DNA from: Felis catus
Taxonomy: Eukaryota
DNA length: 64,000 nucleotides
Assembly (NCBI RefSeq): GCF_018350175.1
Contig: NC_058368.1
Coordinates: 141,548,001-141,612,000, forward strand
Reading direction: 5' to 3'
The notes beneath the pieces were generated by a model that saw only the letters and a program-made list of their open reading frames with translations, searched no databases and was not told the DNA's origin. The position numbers were made by a program, and so were the translations under genes. This document shows, one piece after another, positions 1 through 11,460 of the stretch (the stretch's first letter is position 1; the number at the start of each line of letters is the position of its first letter).

Positions 1-1829
1 ATTACTATTTAATTTGAATTTGGTCAAGGAGCAATGGTACAGTGAATTGTGAAGTAAATACATTTTCCATAAATTATTTTTGCATTACATTACATAATGT
101 TAATCATTTTGAAATGTTAATTAAGAAGGTTATGTTGATCTGATTACTTTTTAAACTATGAAACATTATTTTTAAAAATATTGAAATTGCCATTCTATTA
201 AATTGTTCCTATCAGCAGCCTCAAGCTATTATCTTTTGTTGAACATTATGCTAGAACAATTAAAGTACTTTGTCTTTTTCTTCTTGATTATTCTTTTGTG
301 TACTTTTTGAAAATAACTGTTTCTATTACATAGTTTGTATTTTATTTCATTTACAACTTTTTCTATTAAAAGAACCACTGCCATTAACCTTTGGAAGACC
401 TAATAAAGTTTAATAGACCTCATTTTCTTTTTTCATAAAGTCGGTTGTCCAATTATATTTTATTTGTGATTCTAAGTTCTATTTTAATTTAAACTAATTA
501 CCACTATGTCTAGGTTAAGCAACAGCATTTTACTCTTTAAAACAAAAATTATTAGGTGTATTTTTCTTGAGGGACAAAAAGCAAATTTATGAATTTTGAA
601 CCTACAAGATTTTAAGAAGCCAGTATTATCATTAACAGTAATGAAAGTATTGAAATTATTTATTTCTGGTAAGGTTTGGACCCAACTTCAGATTTAAAAA
701 GAGGTGGGAAGTAAAAATCTTTTAAACAATAATATATATCTGCACAATGCAGTTACCACTTTTGGGGTGTTCAATTTCAATGGCCCATGATTCAGGGTTT
801 CCAAAGTCCACTGACAAAACCACCTGGACTTACAATGAGTAAAAACGTTAATCTATGTTCTACCTTGATGATTACTTTATTAATTGACCACTTTAAGTTC
901 CCCGTGATATTCATTTGCTGACTACTTACAGCAGAAGCATATCTGTTTTTCCAGGTTAGACTATTTTTACAATGTCGAAAGCAGACATAAACATTCAACA
1001 CTGTGATTATGGACACCCTTGTCTCCAACTTCTTAGATCAAATGTAAAGCAACTGGGATCTTTAAACTTAATTTGTTAAAGCAGCTAGAGATGAAATTGA
1101 CACCCTGGATGACATAGAGAAACTATCATGTTCAAGACAGGAAAGGAAGGTTTTCAGAACCCTGGATAGCTCAAGACTCAGTGAGTGCCTTGGTATTTCA
1201 CCTAGAGCAGTGGTCCATAAAAGATCTGATATATTGTTTTCATTCTTTTTTAAAAAGCGGGGGGGGGGGGGAATGAGATTCGCTGAGCTTATACTTTTAT
1301 TCCTCAATTTTCAGAAAAGTTATAGATGTGATTTTCAAAGTTATATATACTTTACAACTTGGAGGGTGGTTGGCCGAGAACAAGGTATCAGTAACGAATT
1401 CGTCTGCTACCTGTCAATCTTTCTTGCCCTAAATGTCCTTTCTTCAGATCGGATATCTACAACAGAAAGCCTTCAGTCCCCCCATCCCCAGTTTCCTTAA
1501 GGGGAAAACCAGGGTTCAAAGACCGGGGGATCTTTACAGCCGCTCTCGGCGGCGGCGCTTCGGTAGACCATCAAAGTTTAAAACCTTTGCAAACCTCAAA
1601 GCTCGGGGTTTGTTGTCTTAGAGCTGCTGGAGGGTGATATGCAAGAGAATAAAGCTGCACCGTGAAACTCAGGTATGGATTTTTTGTAAGGTGCCATCAT
1701 GCCTTATTTCCTCCCTTTTCAAGTTTTCTGTAGAATTGTTGCATTCCCCCCATTTATCCAGACGCTTAACACAAACTCATTAGGGGTAATGAAATACTTG
1801 TGAAGAACTCGAGGTGGAGTGGAGGTGCG

Positions 1830-2750
1830 CGCTCAGCTTAGCCGCCTGGGAGACGCGGAGGCTGGGAGACGCAGAGCTTCCCTTCTCAGGACGAGTGAGA
1901 CGACCTAACAGTAGAACAACGCCGGCTTCGCTTTTGAGGCATTTCTGCAGGAATGTGGCTATACTGGTGGGAGGTGGGAGCCCTGCTTGTCCATGGAACT
2001 TATAAGGCAGCCGAAGAGCAGCCCAGGACCCCGACGGGGAAAAGACCCCGCTTGTTTTGCCCAAATCCTCCCGCCCCACCTTGCCTTCTGCCCCGGCGCC
2101 CAAGCCCGGCGTACCTGCACTCGGGATTCCGTCAGCCCGATACGCAGCGCCAGCTCCTCGCGCATAAAGATGTCGGGGTAGTGAGTCTTCGCGAAGCTCC
2201 TCTCCAACTCGTTGAGCTGCGCCGGGGTGAAGCGCGTCCGGTGGCGCTTCTGCTTCTGTTGGCCCTGCTGCTGGCCGGCTTGGCTGGGGTTCGGGCCTCC
2301 TTGGGGCCCCGGCTGTTTGTCCGGGTCCTTTGCGCTCACCGCCAGCGAGGCCGGCGTAGAGCCCACTGTAGTGATGTCCTCCCCGGGCAGCAGAGTGGCT
2401 CCCTCGACTGGGTCGGAGTTGGGCGCTAGGTCCCCCGGATGGCCCCCAGGGTCGGAGCCCCCCACGCCCAGCCTACACTTCACCGCCTCCCGGTGGCCCA
2501 GAAGCTCGGCAGCATCTTTCATACCTGAGGAGGGAAGGGGATCGCGGTCACTACCTTCCTGGCGATGCCAGGAGGGACTATCCTCCCTGCGCGGTCCTCC
2601 TTTAGCCCCATCCTTGGCTCCCTCTGCGCCCACGTTCGCCCTATGAAGGAAACTCTCGGGATGCTCAGCTGGGTTCCCCAGAATTTGGACAGCCAAGTTG
2701 GAATACCATCTCCCGGCCCTTTCCCCTCTCTCTGCAGCCGGCTCTCGTAG
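1830..2750. promoter_or_regulatory. CpG island over OTP exon 2
   Basis: High GC and dense CpG, in contrast with the very AT-rich 1-1200 region. Confidence 0.75.
2115..2524 (-). CDS. OTP: OTP coding exon 2 (410 bp): N-terminal region plus most of the paired-like homeodomain
   Basis: Translates [20 protein letters not shown]...[48 protein letters not shown]. Acceptor cctcAG|GT at 2525/2524 and donor CAG|GTacgc at 2115/2114, the usual VQ|VWF homeobox intron position. 37+410 nt = 149 codons, in phase with exon 1. Confidence 0.98.
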
Positions 2751-3813
2751 TAAACAGCACATGCTTTCATATCTCCCGCAGCGGAACACTCCCAGTCCCG
2801 GCAAAGAAACATGCCTTCGAGTCCCTTTCATGAACCGTACCCCTGATGTCCCAGGAAAGCGAGAGCATATCCTTGGACTGGGGTGGGAGGGGGGAGAAAA
2901 GAAAGAAAGAAAATTAAACGATTCCTTGGTTGCTGCCCCACCTGCGCTCAGACAGCTTGGCGAACTCTACCGCCGGCCCTCAGCCGATTCCCTCTCACTT
3001 TTGGAAGATGAATAATTCTCCAAGCCTTCCACCCTCTGAAATCAACCCAAATCAGCTCCGCCTCCCCCTCAAATCAGAGAAAGTGTTTGGAAAATGGAGT
3101 CACATCCATCACCAAAGATTCCCAAACCGGAAACCCAGAGCCCAGCAACCCAGACAGCATTAAGGAAACTCAAGGAAACTATAGACAGAGCAGTGAATCA
3201 AACTTTACAGAATTCAACTTCCTTCCGGAGAAATAAAAGGCGCGTTTCTCTCAGCCATTGGCAATGCCGAGTCCCTTGCAGGCGGGGATGCCTGTGAGGA
3301 TGAATTTGGCTTTTCTCCTTTCTCAGTGAACACACTTAGCAAATCTGCCTCGATTGCAGCGGCTTCTCGTTCGTGCCAGATTTTTACAAATTCAACCATT
3401 CTTAGATGAGGGGTAGAGAATGAGGCAGGGGGAGAGAGCAAAAAAGAGGAGGAAAAAAAAATCCTAATCAAAGCAAACAGGAGGGGAAAAGAGAGAAAGA
3501 AAAACACCTCCTAACAAATTAGCTTAGGGTAGATCGCCGTTCAAAAAAAAATTAATAATAATAAGGGAGAGGGAAGAAGGGGGAAAAAGGAAAAACAAAA
3601 AGTAACAACACTTCCCAAGTCCTCTTTTGGATCTACATATTCCATAGATTTTTTTTTTAAAAGACGATGTTAAATCAAATTAAACTTTAATGCAGCACAA
3701 TTACTTTTAAAGAAATTAGTCCATTTAGGGCGCATTAAGGTAAAATAAGGAACAAATTGACAATTTCCTGCCCAGGCTTCTCCTGGCTGCCCGGGCGAGA
3801 GGCGCGCACTCAC

Positions 3814-3850
3814 CTAGCCTGGCGTCCAGGAGGTCGGCGTGAGACAGCAT
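3814..3850 (-). CDS. OTP: OTP coding exon 1 (37 nt CDS, MLSHADLLDARL-G)
   Basis: ATG at 3850-3848 reading ATGCTGTCTCACGCCGACCTCCTGGACGCCAGGCTAG, then consensus donor GTGAGT at 3813. Phase 1 joins exon 2 to form GGT. Matches the recalled OTP N-terminus. Confidence 0.96.
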
Positions 3851-3974
3851 CGCGCACCGCTCCAGGGCGAAAGCTGTTCCCCCCCAAATTTTAGCGGCTT
3901 TAAGTTATTTAAAATAGATATAAGCTATAAGCTATACGATATAGATATATATAGATCACCTAAATGAAAGAAAA

Positions 3975-4090
3975 TTCGGTTTGTGGTTAAAAAGGGGGCT
4001 TCTTGCATTATAATGTCCTTTAGAGAGACGGGGAGGTGCTTAACAGTTGAATGAACCCGTGAGCAGCTCGGCAAGGGGACCAATCAGGAG
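3975..4090 (-). promoter_or_regulatory. OTP: Probable OTP proximal promoter (TATA-like element and CCAAT box)
   Basis: CATTATAATG at 4006-4015 (TATAAT on the minus strand), CCAAT at 4080-4084, then a GC-rich CpG island. About 160 bp upstream of the ATG. Confidence 0.55.
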
Positions 4091-5533
4091 GGCAGCCTGC
4101 AAATGTCAGCGCCGGGAGAGTCCCCCACTCCGCCCGCCCGCCCGCGCCCGCCCGGAGGAGGCGGTGGCGGCGGCCCTGGCAGCTCCAGCCGCGAGCAGCA
4201 GCAAAAGCAGCGGAGGCCGCCTCGGTCTCGCCCTGGGCTTCTGGGCCTGGCTCCCGTAGGTTCCTCCCCGAGATTTTCTCCAGTCACACCTTTCCTTTTC
4301 CTTGTCCCTGCTCCCTGCAAAGGTGCAGCTCGGTCTCCTACAGCTAGGACCATCCTACGGCAGAGGCAGTGCTGGGGACGAGCAGGGCTTGACCCCCGCA
4401 TGACCCGAGAGTCACTTCTGCCCGCGCGCTCTGGGCAACACAGGTCTGCTGCGGGTTCGGGCCTGCCATTACGCAGCATAACCAGGGCACCGCGCAGCCT
4501 CTAGACCGCGCGTAAACTCCGCTGCAGCCTAGCAGGCCTGAGCCCAGGGTACAGATACCCTGGCTGGGACCCCGGGCCTAAAGAGTAGCTAGCAGCCCCT
4601 CAGCAGGCCTAAAGAGCAAGCAAACAAACAAACAACCAAACAAAAGAGTCGACTGCCCTTGTGCTTCCAGCGCCCGCAGTCAGAGTCAGGACCCGGCGCA
4701 CAGTGTAGATCCGTGCACTCCGCGCCCTTCCGGCCCGGCTGCCGCTCCTCCACCGGGCCCACGCTTGCATCCTGGCCCGCAACCTGCTCTCTCGGTCAAA
4801 GTTTCTAAGTTCAGCTTGGTTCCCAATTCCACTTATGGCTGTAAATAAAGTTAAATGCTCTTTATTTTCTTCTTGAATATGTTAAACTACTTGAACAATT
4901 TAAAGTGCTTTTGCACAAGTGAAGCGAACCATCTCTAATGTTCTGATTCTTCAGAGCCAGCCAACAACAAAGTTTAGATTAGTAATATATTTCTAACCAG
5001 AGTAATTTTCAAGATCATTAGGCATTTATGTAATTAGTGCCAAATCTATAAGCTTTTATTACGATTATTAGAGTAAAATCAGTATAAATTTGTACTAATT
5101 TACTACTGTTTAGACTTGGCTGTCAAGCCCAGAGGTTCTTATTGTAAATGATAACTGAGGAAATTAAGTGCAAAATTCTGTACCATTTCTGATCTGCTCC
5201 TAAACAATCCGTTTCAATTGTATTTGTAGCAGAACATAATGCCCTTTTAAAGTTATTTGACTTGTATTTTTATTTGCAACACAAGAAAAATGCCCTCTAC
5301 CCAGGCACAATGAAAACTGATATTTACTACTCTCAACTTGATTAACATTGATTTTTAATTCGAGAGTGATGCAATTAAGATTATTCATTTAGTGCAAATA
5401 AAGCTTCCACAAAAGGGTGGTCCTATGAAGTCTGTTTTAAATAATACCGAGCAAATGGCTTTTTTTGTTCGCCGTCCAATTGACTTACACAAAACATTGG
5501 AAATGCTGCCTGAGAGCAGATGCGAGAGGAATG

Positions 5534-5537
<4 letters not shown>

Positions 5538-5565
<28 letters not shown>
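5538..5565. repeat. (TG)n microsatellite
   Basis: Directly visible. Confidence 0.95.
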
Positions 5566-5689
5566 CCTTAGCTGTGTGTGTGACAGGGACCGAACAAGGA
5601 GACAAAGGAGGCAGCAAGGCGAACTCTGGGGCAGTTTTGCTTCCTCCTCCTTCTCTCCTGCAGCCTGTTCCCCTCCTCCCATGCACACA

Positions 5690-6480
5690 CACGAACGCGC
5701 GCACACACATGCACACACGCGTGGATGCCGGGCATCAGCCACAACGGTTCCTTCCAAGCTGTGGACACCACTTCCCCGGAAGCTCCGGGCCTGGCCGAGC
5801 TTCGGCGGCGGCCTCAACTGATGCCAACACGGCCTGTGTGGGACTGGGGCGCCGGGAATGCGGGTAGCAGCTTGGAAGAGCCCAGGTGGCAGGAGCAAAC
5901 TCGGAAGCCACGAGGGTGTTCAGCAAACACCTAGTGTCCTTTCGAGAAAGGCTCGCTTGGAAGGGGAATCCCTAAACCTAAAGCAAATAAAGTCCCTCCG
6001 GTAAAACCTTCCCCTTCCCCGAACGAAACCCGAAATCTAGAAGCTACAGCGCCAGGCGAGCGCAGCAAGAGGCCGGACGGAGGCCTGGGGCGGGGCGGCG
6101 TGAGCCCGGGACGTGGCGCCCGAGTGCTCACCCGGGTGCGCGTTTCAGTGGATTCGCAGGAGGGGGGGGGGGGGTTGCCCACCTGGGTGGGGCTTGCGGG
6201 GGTCCCAAGACCGGAACGCAGGGGCAGAGGTGGGCAGAAGTGTCAGGGGTCCTGGGAGCTGACCCTGCTCCTCCAAACAGGCAAGTCCGTGGAGGCCCGC
6301 ATTGCCTCGGATGCGCACTCTGGAGGGAGGGAGGAGAGGCCGCGACGTGGGGAAAAAAGAAGGGCGCGGGGCCCCAAGTCCTCTCGTGGTGTGCACACAA
6401 ACGTTCTTGTCCTTCTCCCACAGCCACTCCCAGAACTGCCGCCGGGCCGTGCGGCGTCCTCTCACACGCACTCGCTCGTA
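5690..6480. promoter_or_regulatory. Upstream CpG island
   Basis: High GC and CpG density, with GGGCGG boxes near 6088-6098. Confidence 0.7.
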
Positions 6481-8734
6481 TATTCTGTTTTGTTGTATCT
6501 TTCAGGTCGATAAATAAATGTGTAATAGTTAATGTGAAGACACATCAGAGTAATAACAATGGGACGAAATCAAAGGATTATCCATCTCTGTTAGTAACCG
6601 CTGAATAACAATGTTGCGGCGTGATTGATAGCCCGCTTCATTTTATGACTTTTCTATTGGTCTTGATTTTTATAGCAGTATAAACAAACTAAATCATTTC
6701 TTCCAAGACTTCAGAGCATAAGCATCTGGGGTGGTGGTGGGGGGGGTGGGGGGAGATAAAGGAAAGGGAAAAAAAAAAGAAAGAAAGGGAAATCTGAGAA
6801 TGGGAGGGGGTGATGGGGGGTGGTGTGGGGGCGTCGAGGTGGGGAGGGTGCAAGCTGGAGCCGCAGCCGACTGTCAGGAGCCGGCTGCCAGCAGGCGTGG
6901 CGAGGAAAATGACAATAGTCTGGATGTAAAATGCTCGTCCTCGCGCCCGGTTCCCTCTCGGCAGCTCGTTCTCGCCAATGTCTGAATCCACCTGGGCAGC
7001 GCCTGAGATGTATTTACCAGAGTTTTATTCCCCGTCATCTTCCCACGTTCCTGGGGCAGCCGGGAAAGTGCCGGTCAGGCCCATTGCTATTGATAATTTA
7101 AGGCATTTCCCACATGATCATGGGAACTGAAGTCCCTAACAAGCCGAGGCTTTAGCGCAATGGCCCCCAAATCTTCGGAATGACAAGAATGTCTTCAGAA
7201 ATCACTTCAAAGCAAAGTAAAAGGATTTTCTATGACGGATCCAGTGATTTTTCCTCAATAAATAGGTTTTAGATTGTTACACACACGTAGAAGTGGAACA
7301 AAGGGAACTACCAGAAAATATATTGGTTGCCCCTAATAAAATTTATTTAGACAGTTTACTTCTCATAAAAAATAGAGATTGAATTTTGTACAAGAGCCTG
7401 CCAAGGGGCGATGCACAGGGAAATCATTTTTTTCTTTCTCTTCTTTTCCCCTTCTCCTTTTTAACGAAGCACAAAGAGCATCTAAAGGCCACAGAACCCA
7501 CTCGTGCTGCCGACCAACCCAGCGCCCAGGCCGAGCATGAGAACTTTGTAGTTTTGAGAGAAGTGGGCTTTCTGGGATATATGTATATATATTAAGCCAA
7601 AACCTTGATGGCTGATTATGTAAACTACAAGCACAACAGCAACCACATCCGTGTCTTTCCTCCTGCTTTGCCATCCTGGTCCAGAGAAAGATTTAGAAAT
7701 ACAGTGTGGTTGGATCGGGAGGTGAATGGCATGGGAGATCCTGGCAGCAAGTGCCTTAATGATGCATTTATGCTAATTAGGCTTGTAATTCTGATTTTCT
7801 CTCTAATTGTATTTCTGTGTTCATTGTGAATCTTTTGTAGAAACAGAGAGACAGACAGAAAGAATAAAAATGTACACTAGGTGCTCCTGAAGAATTGGGT
7901 AGTGTGCCCAGCTCCTGATTGTTTATTCCACTTACAGAAACCTCGGGTGTTTATTAAATGCAACTTTCGGCTGCTTGGGTTGTTTGTAAACCGCTCTCTT
8001 TTCTTTGCAGACAGTGGGCTGAAATATGGCGCGTTATTATTCACATTCCTGCTATTAAATGCTGAATTGTAACATTGTTCCCTTTAATGAGGAGCGCCTC
8101 CCTCAATAATTAACGATCTCACATTTTCCTATTTTCTTGCCTGATGAAAAGAATCAATTTTAATTCGTGGTAAATTACAGCCATGCTTTTGGGTATTATT
8201 TGCTTACAGAAAACAAATCAAGTGACTTGAACAATCCTGTTTACTTTTCCAGATATGCAATAACCCAAAAGCAATGGCAAATCAGATTGCGTTCCTCAGG
8301 CCTACCTTAGAACCTCAAAAAGAAGAAAGGGTGGGAGCAAATACTCAAGGAAAAAACAGGAAGTTCTCAAGCCCACTAGTGTGAAACAATGGTGACCACC
8401 TTCTCCTATATCTTACCCCAGGTGCCAGAATAGAAGCTCCCCTAGCCCCCATCCTCAATGCCCCACCCCTGTCCAGAACAGGGGTCAGTGGTCCACATCT
8501 CGATACACTGGAGTTTGGGACTGCTTGATGTATGGCTCATTTTAAGGGACTCGATTTGAGAGTGGGGTAAGTGGAAGGAAGGAAATCTGGGAGGGCAGCC
8601 AAGTCTCTGGGAAAGGGTGACAGGCACTTCCACACTTCTCTGCATAAAAGAACTCTCTTGAGGTTCCCAGCAAAAGAGACCACAGCCAAAGAGGCTTTGG
8701 CTGAGTGCTTCTGCCTGGCCACTGCAAAACCCTT

Positions 8735-9300
8735 CGGCTCGCCTTCCGGCGACGGCTCTCGGGCGCAAAGTGAGCGCCTTTAACTCCTAGCCTCCTGGCT
8801 CCTGGCTTGGGTTTAACCCAAACTTACATTCTCCAGGCCTGCTTAGGCCGGAAGCGCGGGGACTCAAGGCAGATCTCAGCCAGGGTCGTCCCTGGGACGT
8901 CGCCGCAGGAGTCCAGGGCCACAAAACTCTTTGCAAAAAGGGCCCGGCTGGGGACAGCCCAGGAGCTTAAAGCCAAGGACCCATACTCCAGGCTTCTTTT
9001 ATTATTATTATTATTATTTTTAAGTTCAGGGAGCTGGGTCTGCTTGTTCGTGACGCGTGTCCTTACGTGCGCGCTTGTGTGAGCAGTGTGTGTCCGTCCA
9101 CTGCCTGCTTACCCGAACCTGAGGGATGTGCGGGGAGTGACCGAGCAGCGGAAAACTCGCCCCCAAGAGTCTAATTTCCCACCTTATTTGGAAGCCGCAG
9201 GCGATACGCGAGCTCAACTTAATTTTTTTTTTTCCTGAAATAAACAGTTTCCCATACATTCGAGTTTGCAAACTATAACCACGCAATCCACCTGCATGAC
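8735..9300. promoter_or_regulatory. Upstream CpG island
   Basis: CpG-rich segment (ccttcggctcgccttccggcgacgg...gcgatacgcg). Confidence 0.6.
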
Positions 9301-10059
9301 TCTTCTTAGGCGCTGGGGTCTGTCCCTTTCTTATTTTTTTTTTTTTTTTCTGTCTTTGCTTTCTAAACACTCGCATCCACGGCCCTCAACGCAGAAAGCT
9401 CTGCACAAAACAATGACGGATCAGTACCCGCCCCCTGATTCCGTGTCTCCTCTTTTTTTTTTTTTTTTTTTTTGCCTTTAGCCCTGTAATTTTAATGGCC
9501 CCAATTAGCCACAAGGAATACAATAAGCGACGTAGAGATTTTATTTGTATGTGTTAAGTTCGCTGCTTTTCTGATTTCTATTTACTCAGGATAAATAATC
9601 ATATATCAGTTATTCAGTTAGGTGACAAGGCTAGTAATTGGAATAAAAAGAAAAACATCTCATCCTTATCTCTTTCTATAACTAGATATAGCGCTAATAA
9701 GACTGCATCAATCTTATCTAGCAAATAAATAAAATAGACAAACAAACAAATTCGCCTCCAACAAGTTAATGCGGTGTATCTGAGTGGAAAGTAGATATTT
9801 TCACGCATTCTGGAGATGAGGAGTGACTTTTAATAAAATCACAAGAAAAACAAATGTAATTCTGCAAGCCATTTCTTGGAGCCGCCGGCGCCCGCCCCTC
9901 CCCCCTCGCTCCCCGCCTGTCTCCAGCGTCCCAATCTTTTCCTTTTTGTAAGCTGTTAGTCCCAGTTTACGACTGACACCAGGGCTAAGTTTCTCTAGCT
10001 ACTTTACACTTTGGGGGTGGAGTAGGGGAGGGAGATACAATTCTATGGGCAATGAGCCT

Positions 10060-10400
10060 TCCTCAAAGAGAATTTTCTCTTCCCCCGTCTTTTCCTTCTT
10101 TCGTGATCCTTGTCGGTCTGCTTTTGCTCTTCCTTTCTCCTCTATCCTCACTCCCCCTTTCCCCCCTTCCCTTTATTCTCTTTTCCTCTTTTCTCTTTTT
10201 TCTTCTTTCTCTTTTCAGCCTTTTCGTCTCCCCACTCTTCCCTCTCGTTCTCTTCCCGTTCTCCTTCTTTGCCTCTTCGTGTCCCCTTTATTTCGTTTTT
10301 TCTCCCCATTTCTCTTTCTTTCCCCCCTTTTCTCTTGTTCCTCTTCTTTCTTCTCCCTCCCTCCCTTTCTTTTCTCTCTACACTCCTTCCCTGGCCCCCT
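10060..10400. repeat. Polypyrimidine (CT-rich) low-complexity tract
   Basis: About 340 bp almost entirely C/T on the + strand. Confidence 0.9.
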
Positions 10401-10429
10401 CCCCGCAGCCCGAGTGCGGCTAATTCCGG

Positions 10430-10920
10430 GCGTCTATATTCACTCAATTAGAGAAATCTACAGAGAAGATCGATCTTCCATCTGCAGACATGCCAGCTTA
10501 ACAAATTAGATTCTTGTTTCGTGCAGGTGATTTGGTGACAGTTGGGGAATTAGAAGTAATAAGTTGTTGTGTTTGAGCCCAGGCCCCCGCCCCCCGCCCG
10601 CGCCCCTCCCCGCCCGCAGGCCCCCCGGCCGCGCCCGCCACCCGGGCACCCCCTACCGCCCCCCACCCCCAGCCGGCCCGCGCCCGCCGCCGCCGCCGCC
10701 GCATCCCCCGCCGTAATTAGTGCTGCTGCCCTCCATGTGGGCTCGATTAAACCGTGATTTAGCCGAAAGAAATATAATTATGGCTGCAAATAAAATAATC
10801 AGCATTGAAGAGCGATTTCCTTAATGAGATGGAGCGGTTGCACGTCACGGAGTAAAGGGGTCTCATTAAGAGGTGGTAATGAGGCTTGGGTGGATGGTGC
10901 AGTTACAAAATAGCCCAACT
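10430..10920. promoter_or_regulatory. Candidate highly conserved OTP enhancer (two AT-rich motif blocks split by a GC spacer)
   Basis: Complex non-repetitive blocks dense in TAAT/ATTA cores inside a CpG island about 6.6-7 kb upstream of OTP. Conservation not tested here. Confidence 0.6.
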
Positions 10921-11460
10921 CCTGTGCAGGCCGGGCCCGCCCGCCCGAAGTGGCCGCCGCCGCGCCTTCATGCCGTCGCGCCGTCCCGCGGTCCCTGAGG
11001 GGCACCCGGGCCTGTCCCGCCCGGCCCCCAGGGGGCGCAGCGCCAGCCGCGCGGCCTCCTCCCTCCGGCGGTGCAGAGCGGTCGCGCCGGGCCCGGGCGG
11101 GGCCGACAGGGGCGGCAGCACCCGGCGTAGGGGCGCCGGCTGCTCCCGGGCAGCGCCCGTCCGCTCCGCGTAGGGAGCCGGGTTTGCACAAACAACTTCG
11201 AGGACATTGGCCGACGGAGGAGCAGGTCGCAGCGAGGAGCCCCCGACCGGGGCGGGTGCCGAGGGGCAGGCCAGGGAATCTCAGGGCGCAAGTGGAAACC
11301 GGCTCAGGGGGACAGGGGGATGTGAATTCGCCCCGGAAAGAGTCACTACAAACAGGTGCTCAGACGCAGGAGTACGGCGCGGCGAGAGGCATCAGCACGC
11401 GGCAAACACTGCGTCTTCACAGGAGCTTAGAGACCTGGCCTGGACGGGCCTTGGGCGTTC
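10585..11460. promoter_or_regulatory. Distal CpG island
   Basis: Extremely GC- and CpG-rich, with a (GCC)n run at about 10684-10702. Confidence 0.8.

Larger units (their letters stand above)
3780..4800. promoter_or_regulatory. CpG island at OTP exon 1 / promoter
   Basis: Dense CpG and GC-box-like runs (cgcccgcccgcccgcgcccgcc) flanking the AT-rich 5' leader. Confidence 0.8.

Noticed and set aside
1959..2831. 290-aa ORF as a single-exon protein
   Set aside because: Only 2115-2524 is OTP exon 2. The flanks are intronic read-through beyond clear splice sites.
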